Positions 1 through 8,239 of a stretch of DNA of 20,000 nucleotides are shown piece by piece. The stretch spans positions 73,316,462 to 73,336,461 of the forward strand of contig NC_057718.1 in NCBI RefSeq assembly GCF_004010195.1, read 5' to 3'. A program made the position numbers and the translations under genes. The stretch's first letter is position 1. Each line of letters begins with the position of its first letter. This DNA comes from Chiloscyllium plagiosum (Eukaryota). Under the pieces are notes generated by a model. It was given only the letters and a program-made list of their open reading frames with translations, was not told the DNA's origin and made no database searches.

Positions 1-3000
1 GACCACAGCGGTGCCTGCACTGGTTGGGCATCGGGGAGGAGATTGGGGGACTTGGTCAAGTCCTTCGACCTGGTGGACGTCTGGCGAAATCTCCATCCCG
101 ACTCCATCGCCTTCACCTTCGTGAAGCCTGGGGTCGGAGCATCTAGAATCGACCGCCTGTACGTTTCACGGGCGCACGCCTCCTGTTTTCTGAAGGCCTC
201 CACGCGGCATGTGTCGTGCACGGACCATCACCTGGTGTGGGCGGAACCTCTTCCGTTCGGCGCCAGGCTCGGCTCCGCATACTGGCACTTTAACAACCTG
301 CTGCTGGAGGACGAGTGGTTCCGGGACTCGTTTCGTCGTTTCTGGGCCGGCTGGAGAAGGAAGCGGGGAAGCTTCCCCTCCCTGAGGCTATGGTGGGACG
401 TGGGCAAGGCTCACGTCCGTGTCTACTGTCAGGAGTACGCGAGGGGGTCGACGAAGAGGCAGACATCCAGGAGCGGGGAGTTGGAGAGGGAGATGCTCGA
501 CCTGGAGTCACGCCTTGGTCAGCCCGACGTGGACCCGGCCCTGCGCGGGGCATGCGAAGAGAAGAAACCCGCGCTCCAGGACCTGCAGCTCGTCGGGACT
601 CGGGGCGCGTACATGAGGTCGCGGATCCAGCTCCTCCAGGACCTGGACCGCGGCTCCCCCTTCTTCTACTCGCTGGAAAAAAGGCGTGGCACCCGTCAGC
701 AGCTGGCCAACAAAGGGTCCCTCGTTTCGGATCCGGAGGGCATCAGGGCCCACGTCCGAAACTATTACACGTCTCTGTTCTCTCCGGATCCGTCCAGCGA
801 GGATGCTCGCAGTGTTCTGTGGGAGGACCTGCCACAGCTCGGCCCGGAGGACGCCGGAAGGCTCGACGCTCCCGTCACCTTAGAGGAGCTGACCGGCGCC
901 CTCGACCGGCTCTCGAGGGGCAAAACCCCAGGGCTGGATGGGCTGACTGTGGAGTTCATCAGGGCATTCTGGGATGTCCTGGGGAGCGATTACGCACAGG
1001 TCCTGGGGGAGTGTCTAAATGCCGGAGAGCTGCCCCTTTCTTGGTGCAGGGCGGTCATTGTCCTTCTGCCAAAGAAGGGGGACCTTCGTTCCCTAAAGAA
1101 CTGGGGTCCGGTCTCCCTCCTCAGCATGGACTACAAAATCTTCGCCAGGGTGTTGTCTTCTTGCCTGGCCTCCGTGCTGGCCCACATGATTCACCCGGAC
1201 CAGTCCTACACGGTCCCGGGCCGGAGGATACACGATAACGTCCACCTGGTCCGGGACCTGATCCATTTCTGTCGACGGGCTGGTCTGCCGAGCGCCTTCC
1301 TGTCTCTCGACCAGGAGAAGGCGTTCGACAGGGTCGATCACGAGTACCTGCTCGGGACTTTGCGGGCATTTGGGTTCATGAGCAGTTCGTCGCCTGGATC
1401 CGACTTTTGTACGCTGCCGCAGAGTGTCTGGTTAAAGTTAACAGGTCCCTGACGGCGCCCCTTCGCTTCGGGAGAGGAGTGCGTCAAGGCTGCCCCCTGT
1501 CCGGCCAGCTGTAATCCCTGTGCGTGGAGCCTTTACTGCGCCTCTTGCGGAGACGGTTGTCGGGGCTGGTTCTGTGCAGCATGGGCACGGGGGTGGTCCT
1601 CTCGGCCTGCGCCGACGACGTGCTCCTCACCTTTCGCTGACCTGGGGAGGATGCACGAGTGCCAGGCCGTGTACTCGGCAGCGTCTTCTGCCAGGATTAG
1701 CTGGGCCAAATGTTCTGGACTACTGGTCAGTCCATGGCAGGTGGACTCTCTGCCAGAGGAGTTACAGGGGTTCAGCTGGAGTACCACCCATCTCCTCTAC
1801 CTGGGGGTCTACCTCAGCCCGGCTGAGGAATCCTGGCCGGCCAACTGGCAGGAGCTGGAGGCCAAAGTCTCGGCTCGCCTAGCACTGCTCCGAGTGCTAT
1901 CTTACAGGAGTCGAGTGCTGGTCATAAACCAGCTGGTGGCCGCCATGCTGTGGTACCAGCTGGTCACTTTGGTCCCTCCTCCTGGCTTTGTCGCTGACAT
2001 CAAGAGAACGTTGGTCGACTTCTTCTGGGACAAAAGGATGCGTTGGGTTGCTGTGCAGGTTCTGAGTCTCCCTATTGCGGAGGGCGGTCAGTCGCTGGTG
2101 TGCGTCCGCACCCAGGTCACGACGTTCCACCTTCAGACCTTTATGTCGAGCCTCCTCCTAGGTGGTGCGCCCTGGCGACATATTTTTTCCGCCAGGTGCG
2201 TAACCTCGACTACGACACGCAGCTCCTGTTCATCGACCGTGACGGTTTGGAGGTCGCCCTCAAGACGCTGCCTGTCTTTTACCAGGATCTGATCACTGTC
2301 TGGAACATGGTCGAATCGCGTCGCGCCTACCCTCCGCCTGGAGTAGTGGCTGTCGTCAGGGAGTCGTTGCTCAGGAATCCACACCTCCGTACTCGCGGGT
2401 TCGAGTGGCTGTCGAAGGGGAGGGCCGTGGCGGCGAGGGTGACCAGGGTCGGGGACGTGCTGGGTGCCGGGGGCCTGGGCTGGACGCTGCCGCAGGACAT
2501 AGCGAGCAGGGCAGCGGTAGAGGTCCGGTACATGGCCACCGCCATCCGACGCCTTAAAACGGCGGTGCTCGGACCCTACGTAGTGCACCAGTTGGAGGAC
2601 GCTCAGGTGTGCGGTGGGAAGACGTCCACTCTCATCCCAACCCGTATGGAATTTCACATAGGCTCCCGCGGGAAGTACGGGACCTTGGGGCCAATGTCCC
2701 ACAACCTGAGCCGTCTCCGGAATTTTAATTTTGTCCCTTTTTTTTAAGGATGTAAAAAGGCGGGCCGTGTATCGACTGCTGCTGCACACCGTCCACCTCT
2801 TTTCTCCCTCATCCACCGTCCGGACACGCCTTGGCGTGCCCATTTGCTACTGGGTGGTGGGGATCCCCAGTGGAGTGCTCTCTACGCGGGAGTCCTCCCC
2901 CTTTCTCTCGGGGATCTGGGGTGGAGGGTGCTGCACGCAGCAGTCCCCTGCAACCGCAGATTGCGGTGGTTCACGGACTCCCAGCCCAACTGCTTGTTCT

Positions 3001-3405
3001 GTGGCGCTGTGGAGTCCGTGGACCACGTATATATTGGGTGTGGGGCGTTTGCACTCCCTTTTTGATTTTCTGAAAAACCTTCTCCTCTGTTTTTGGCTGC
3101 ACTTCAGTCCCACGCTCCTGATCTTTGGGCACCCGGTACGGAGGAAGGAGGGCAGGTCTGAAGACCTCCTCGTGGGTCTGCTCCTGGGCCTGGCCAAACT
3201 GGCCATCAACAGGTCCAGGCAGCGGGCCGTGGAGGGGGTCGTTAAGGCCGACTGCCTGCCCCTCTTCCGCGGTTACGTTAGAGCCCGGGTGTCCTTGGAG
3301 AAGGAGCACGCGGCGTCGACCAACACCCTGGAGTTGTTCAGGGAGAGGTGGGCGCCGCAGGGAGTGGAGTGCATCATTTCTCCCTCCAACTCTATTTTGA
3401 TTTAG
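1..3405 (+). pseudogene. Disrupted Tx1-type ORF2 (APE endonuclease, reverse transcriptase, C-terminal zinc-binding motif)
   Basis: Endonuclease motifs: LVDVWRNLHP, SRIDRLYVS, TDHHLV. Linker: YWHFNNLLLED, WWDVGK. RT motifs: KTPGLDGLTVEF, LSLDQEKAFDRVDH, GVRQGCPLSG followed by in-frame TAA at 1512-1514, and YADD changed to CADD (1608-1619). Zinc motif: CLFCGAVESVDHVYIGC. Frameshifts or deletions near 1380, 1640, 2140, 2745 and 3045 split it across the ORF-track pieces 43-1452, 1651-2292, 2043-2747, 2844-3065 and 2731-3405. Confidence 0.92.
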
Positions 3406-3496
3406 TCCCTACCCTCCCCTTCACTGTTTTGATCACACAGCACTGCCCCTTGATGTGAAGGGCAGTGTTTGTCACTGGCCACCCGGGTGTTTGCCT
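1..3496 (+). mobile_element. Tx1-clade non-LTR retrotransposon copy 1 (ORF2 plus start of 3' UTR; 5' part lies outside the window)
   Basis: ORF2 domains lie in the order APE endonuclease, RT, C-terminal zinc motif, with a stop at 3403-3405. The 3' UTR matches copy 2 up to ~3496-3498. Confidence 0.93.
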
Positions 3497-3511
3497 ATTG
3501 TGAGTGTATGT

Positions 3512-4028
3512 NNNNNNNNNNNNNNNNNNNNNNNNNNNNNNNNNNNNNNNNNNNNNNNNNNNNNNNNNNNNNNNNNNNNNNNNNNNNNNNNNNNNNNNNN
3601 NNNNNNNNNNNNNNNNNNNNNNNNNNNNNNNNNNNNNNNNNNNNNNNNNNNNNNNNNNNNNNNNNNNNNNNNNNNNNNNNNNNNNNNNNNNNNNNNNNNN
3701 NNNNNNNNNNNNNNNNNNNNNNNNNNNNNNNNNNNNNNNNNNNNNNNNNNNNNNNNNNNNNNNNNNNNNNNNNNNNNNNNNNNNNNNNNNNNNNNNNNNN
3801 NNNNNNNNNNNNNNNNNNNNNNNNNNNNNNNNNNNNNNNNNNNNNNNNNNNNNNNNNNNNNNNNNNNNNNNNNNNNNNNNNNNNNNNNNNNNNNNNNNNN
3901 NNNNNNNNNNNNNNNNNNNNNNNNNNNNNNNNNNNNNNNNNNNNNNNNNNNNNNNNNNNNNNNNNNNNNNNNNNNNNNNNNNNNNNNNNNNNNNNNNNNN
4001 NNNNNNNNNNNNNNNNNNNNNNNNNNNN
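3512..4028. other. Assembly gap (517 N)
   Basis: Run of N seen directly. Confidence 1.
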
Positions 4029-4586
4029 CATGCTCCTGATCTTTGGGCACCCGGTACGGAGGAAGGAGGGCAGGTCTGAAGATCTCCTCGTGGTTCTGCT
4101 CCTGGGCCTGGCCAAACTGGCCATCAACAGGTCCAGGCAGCGGGCCGTGGAGGGGGTCGTTAGGGCCGACTGCCTGCCCCTCTTCCGCGGTTACGTTAGA
4201 GCCCGGGTGGCCTTGGGGAGGGAGCACGCGGTGTCCACCAACACCCTGGAGTTGTTCAGGGAGAGGTGGGCGCCGCAGGGAGTGGAGTGCATTGTTTCCC
4301 CCTCCAACTCTATTTTGATTTAGTCCCTACCCTCCCCTTCACTGTTTGATCGGACAGCACTGCCCTTTGATGTGAAGGGCAGTGTTTGTCACTGGCCACC
4401 CGGGTGCTTTCCTATCTTCCTGGTGGTGGAAATTGAATAAAGATTTGTGCACTTTGTGTCTTTCACTGTGTCTCACACCTGCCCACACACACACAACATG
4501 GGTGCTGGGGGAAAAAATAAGCACTACCGCACTTAAGTGGTAGTGTGGGGGTTATATATTTTTAAAAAAAGAAGAAAAAGAAAAAA
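4029..4586 (+). mobile_element. Tx1-clade copy 2: ORF2 C-terminus, 3' UTR and A-rich tail
   Basis: Encodes LLIFGHPVRRKEGRSEDLL...SPSNSILI* (stop 4321-4323). About 18 differences from 3111-3496 by manual count, so it is a distinct copy. AATAAA at 4436-4441; A-rich tail at 4564-4586. Confidence 0.92.
4436..4475 (+). terminator. Candidate polyadenylation signal with GT-rich downstream element in the Tx1 3' UTR
   Basis: AATAAA followed by GATTTGTGCACTTTGTGTCTTT; repeated at 4743-4748, with variant ATTAAA at 5050-5055. Confidence 0.5.
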
Positions 4587-4592
4587 TGAACA

Positions 4593-5151
4593 GGAGTGCT
4601 TTTTCCCCCTCCAACGCTATTTTGATTTAGTCCCTCCCCTCCCCTTCACTGTTTGATCACACAGCATTGCCTTTTGATGTGAAGGGCACTGCTTGTCACT
4701 GGCCACTCGGGTGTTTTCCTATCTTCCTGGTGGTGGAAATTGAATAAAGATTTGTGCACTTTGTGTCTTTCACTGTGTCTCACACCTGCCCACACACACA
4801 CAACATGGGTGCTGGGGGAAAAAATAAGCACTACCGCACTTAAGTGGTAGTGTGGGGGTTATATATTTTTAAAAAAAGAAGAAAAAGAAAAAATGAACAG
4901 GAGTGCTTTTTCCCCCTCCAACGCTATTTTGATTTAGTCCCTCCCCTCCCCTTCACTGTTTGATCACACAGCATTGCCTTTTGATGTGAAGGGCACTGCT
5001 TGTCACTGGCCACTCGGGTGTTTTCCTATCTTCCTGGTGGTGGAAATTGATTAAAGATTTGTACACTTTGTGTCTCACACCTGCACACACGCACCATGGG
5101 TGCTGGGGAAAAATGAGCACTACCGCAGTTAGGGGGTTAATTAAAAAAAAA
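4593..5151 (+). repeat. Two further tandem 3'-end units of the same Tx1 family (307-bp period)
   Basis: Units start at GGAGTGC 4593 and 4900. Each has the last ORF2 codons, the 3' UTR and an A-rich tail. 4408-4743 reads identical to 4715-5050. The last unit is more diverged (ATTAAA, deletions). Confidence 0.92.
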
Positions 5152-5419
5152 CAGATGATAAGGGCACTGGTTGTCACTGGCCACTCAGGTGTTTTCCTTT
5201 TGAGAGCTGGATCAGTGTAAGTGTGAGTGTGAGTGCGCACGTGCAAGGACTCTCCTCCTTGAAGGGGACTGTCCCTGGACCAGCTGCCCCACATCCAGAG
5301 AGCTGAAGGAAGGAAGAGGAGGAAGATGAAGAAGGAGGTGAGAGCTTTGAGTCTGGGGCCTACTTTTGGAGCTGCAGCCTGGGCCTCACCCAGGTCAAGG
5401 GAGTGTTGCTGCTGACCTG

Positions 5420-5858
5420 GGGCCCACTCCCACTGCTGCTGCCTGGGACTTGCCTTGGGGCCCCTCCCAGAACCTCCATCACTGCCGCTGCTGTTAGAGG
5501 CCCACCTCCACCGCTGCTGCCTGGGACTTGCCATGGGGACCCTCCCCAACAGGTCTGCCCCCACTGCTGCGACCAAGGGCCTGCCTCCAACGCTGAGGCC
5601 TGCCTTCACCATCGCTGCCTGGGACTCAATTTTGGGGCTGTCTGGACCCTCCCCAACAAGTCTGCCCCCACCGCTGCGACCAAGGGCCTACCTGGGACTT
5701 GCCCAAGGCCTGCCTCCAGCGCTGCTGTTGCCTGAGGCCTGCCTCCACCACTACTGCTGCCTGAGACTCGCCTTGGGTGACTGGCCTTGGGCCCCTCCCC
5801 ACAACCTCCACCACTGCTGCTGCCAGAGGCCCACCTCCACCGCTGCTGCCTGAGGCCT
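5420..5858 (+). repeat. Degenerate modular repeats in the Tx1 5' UTR
   Basis: Recurring GGCC(T/C)(G/A)CCTCCACCGCTGCTGCCTG(A/G)G module, plus the longer block GGACCCTCCCCAACA(G/A)GTCTGCCCCCAC(T/C)GCTGCGACCAAGGGCCT present twice. Confidence 0.85.
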
Positions 5859-5879
5859 ATCAACATCCAGCAGCAGAGT

Positions 5880-6500
5880 ATGGCGAGCCCGAAGGTCGCG
5901 GGGCCCAGCCGCACCTACGCCGAGGTAGCCGCTGCCTTAGGCTCGGCTGCTCCGGCCGGCCAGAAAGGCGCTCAGGAAGACGCAACATGTCCTGCAGTAA
6001 GGCCATGGCTAGTGTGTGGTCGGCCCACTGTCCATCGTCGCTGTGGCCCGGATGTATGGGAAGGCCGCCTTTTTCCTTAAGACCGAGCAGGCGGTCTACC
6101 TGGCCGTGGAGAGGGGGCTCACTGTGGGCGGGACACATTTACCCGTCGACCCTCTGGAGGTTACGGCCCAGAGGGTCGTGATCTCCAACGTCCCGCCCTT
6201 CATTGCCAGTGAGCTCCTTCTCCCCCATCTCACCACCTTGGGGCAGATCCGGTCGGGTATCCAACCACTCCTGCTCAGTCTTAAGGACCCCGCCCTCCGA
6301 CACGTGTACTCCTTCCGACGTCAGGTGTTCATTTGCCTGGCCCGGGAGGAGGTCACCGAGGGCTCTTTCACACTCCTCCACGAGGGCGCGGCCTACCGTG
6401 TCTCCTTGTTTACGGACGGCGTGCGGTGCCACCTGTGCCGAGAGGTGGGGCACATTAGAAAAAACTGTCCCACCCCCGGTGGAAAGCACAATCCTACAGC
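5880..6500 (+). pseudogene. Tx1-type ORF1 (Gag-like nucleic-acid-binding protein with CCHC zinc knuckle), frameshifted and truncated
   Basis: Starts ATG 5880 MASPKVAGPSRTYAEVAA, with frameshifts or a deletion at ~5990-6016. Continues VGPLSIVAVARMYGKAAFFLKTE...RVVISNVPPFI...LRHVYSFRRQVFI, then knuckle CHLCREVGHIRKNC (6427-6468). Confidence 0.88.
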
Positions 6501-6566
6501 CTACAGCTTCACTCATACCAAACTGTCACAATTCCTGTTTGATTACAGGATCACCTATAGGGTAAA

Positions 6567-6950
6567 TTATGGCAAATGGAATTTGATCTGGATGAATGTG
6601 AGGTGATGCACTTGGGCAGGACAAATAAGGCAAAGGAATACATGAATGGTAGGACACTGGGAAGCACTGAGGATCCAAGGGACCTTGGTGTCCATGTCCA
6701 ACATTCCCTTAAGGTAGTGTGGGATAAATAGATAAACTAGTTAAGAAGGCAAATGGGATACTTGCCTTAATTAGCTAAGGCATAGAATTTAAGAGCAGGG
6801 GAGGGTATGTTGGAACTATGTGAAATATTGGTTAGGTCATAGGTAGAGTATTGTGTGCAGTTCTGGAATCCACAATGTAGAAGGATGTGATTACACTGGA
6901 GAACATGCAGAAAAGATTTATGAGGATTTGCCTGAGCTGGAAAGTTTTAT
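6567..6950 (+). mobile_element. CR1 LINE fragment (C-terminal part of ORF2)
   Basis: Degenerate WQMEF...CEVMHLGRTNK...RDLGVHV and VEYCVQFWNP motifs typical of CR1 ORF2. Confidence 0.85.
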
Positions 6951-7249
6951 TATGGGTTAGGTTTCATTAAAATATTTATGGAAGGTTGGAGACTACCAAG
7001 GAGAACATTAAATAGAGTCTGGAGGCAAGAAAATGCACTACAAATTTTATCATCATCATCTCATGAGCTGCGTTCCTACTAATTTTTCTTGTGCATAGGT
7101 CTCCGAGGTCCACCTGTGGCAAAAACTTCTGGATCCAGAAGTCAATGCATCTGCACACAAATCAGCATGCATGGACTTTCTGAGTGGTTGCACGGTCATA
7201 TGGCTGACAGTTTAGAGGGAATGTTACTCAGGAATGCTAAATTAAAGAA

Positions 7250-7286
7250 TATGATATGGAGGTGCCAGTGTTAGACTGGGTTGGAC
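7250..7286 (-). mobile_element. 37-nt retroelement terminal fragment flanked by an 11-bp direct repeat
   Basis: AAATTAAAGAA at 7239-7249 and 7287-7297. The insert is related in reverse complement to 7757-7780. Confidence 0.6.
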
Positions 7287-7756
7287 AAATTAAAGAACAG
7301 TATTGAAATACAAGAGAAAGAAATTGGAAATAATATCATTTCATTCGTGAAACTAGACCAGACAGTGAATTAATGATAAGTTTAAATTGTTTCATGCATT
7401 TTACCAGCTGGAACCACAAATATGTTACACCAAATACTCTAATGTTACTACAGGCAGGGAAACAAGACAACTGATAAAGTGAAAAACAATGAATTTACCT
7501 GTAGCACATCAGCTAGTATTGGATTCACATTTCATGGCGGACCCATTAATGTAAATCTTTTCCTTGCACTTCTTTTTCTTTATTATTTGTTCACAGGATG
7601 GGTGCATCACTGGCTAGATGTATATGTGTTGCCCATTCCTAATTCCTTTTGATCAGGTGGTGGTAAGCCACATGCATGAACCACTGCAGCCCTTGGGCAT
7701 AGATATATCTGTCAGGAAGGGAGTTCAGGGATTTGACCAGTGACAGTGAAGGATTG

Positions 7757-7780
7757 GATCCAGCACCGGCACCTTCACAT
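7757..7780 (+). mobile_element. 24-nt retroelement terminal fragment flanked by a 13-bp direct repeat
   Basis: CAGTGAAGGATTG at 7744-7756 and 7781-7793 flanks GATCCAGCACCGGCACCTTCACAT. Confidence 0.6.
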
Positions 7781-7912
7781 CAGTGAAGGATTGATGATAT
7801 GTATTTCCAAGTCAGGATGGTGTGTAGCTTGGGGAGGAGCTTGTGCTGGCGGCAATCCTATGCATTTGCTGCCCTTGTCCGTTTAGATGGTAATGGTCAT
7901 GGGTTTGGCAGA

Positions 7913-8239
7913 TAAGATTGGATTAGATTTCCTACAGTGTGGAAACAGGCACTTTGGCTCAACAAATCCACACCGACCCTCTGAAGAGCAACCCACCCAG
8001 ACCCATTCCCTTACATTTACCCCTGACTAATCTACCTAACACTAAGGGCAATTTAGCATGGCCAATTCACCCAACCTGCACATCTTTGACCTGTGGGAGG
8101 AAACCGGAGCACCCGGAGGAAACCCACGCAGACACAGGGAGAATGTGCAAACTCCACACAGACAGTTACCCAAGATGGGAATTGAACCCGGGTCCCTAGT
8201 GCTGTGAGGCAACAGTGCTAACCACTGAGCCACCGTGCC
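7913..8239 (-). mobile_element. Full-length tRNA-derived SINE (HE1 / V-SINE type)
   Basis: Minus-strand head GGCACGGTGGCTCAGTGG (A box) and GGTTCAATTCC (B box). Central GTTTGCACATTCTCCCTGTGTCTGCGTGGGTTTCCTCCGGGTGCTCCGGTTTCCTCCCAC domain. LINE-type tail ending CCTGTTTCCACACTGTAGG and (AATCT)-like repeats. Confidence 0.92.

Larger units (their letters stand above)
5199..6500 (+). mobile_element. Tx1-clade copy 3: 5' UTR and ORF1, truncated at its 3' side
   Basis: GC-rich leader with modular repeats leads into a Tx1-type ORF1. Homology and GC content drop abruptly at ~6500. Confidence 0.88.

Noticed and set aside
290..3400. Many overlapping alternative-frame and antisense ORFs (e.g. 315-1238, 2133-2843)
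   Set aside because: Expected shadows of GC-rich ORF2 sequence; no recognisable motifs of their own.
3455..4227. ORFs spanning the N run
   Set aside because: Artefacts of translating the assembly gap.
3111..4413. Copies 1 and 2 as one locus duplicated by the assembler
   Set aside because: About 18 differences in ~385 nt and different continuations after the CCT site. An allelic origin is unlikely, though not formally excluded.
5204..5225. Resemblance of GCTGGATCAGTGTAAGT to the U2 snRNA 5' region (Keno-type target)
   Set aside because: Short, needs several gaps, and no other U2 sequence is present at any junction.
5199..5300. HDV-like ribozyme at the Tx1 5' end
   Set aside because: Could not build the nested double pseudoknot by eye.
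5420..5858. CRISPR-like repeat and spacer appearance
   Set aside because: Repeats are degenerate, intervening segments are themselves repeated, the context is eukaryotic and there are no cas genes.
4953..5914. Pro/Ala/Gly-rich ORFs on both strands
   Set aside because: Produced by stop-poor 5'-UTR repeats and the 3'-end units.
6016..6606. 196-aa intact gene
   Set aside because: Internal ORF1 fragment reading through the truncation junction into unrelated DNA.
8165..8239. tRNA gene
   Set aside because: The A and B boxes belong to the tRNA-derived head of a SINE with body and tail attached.
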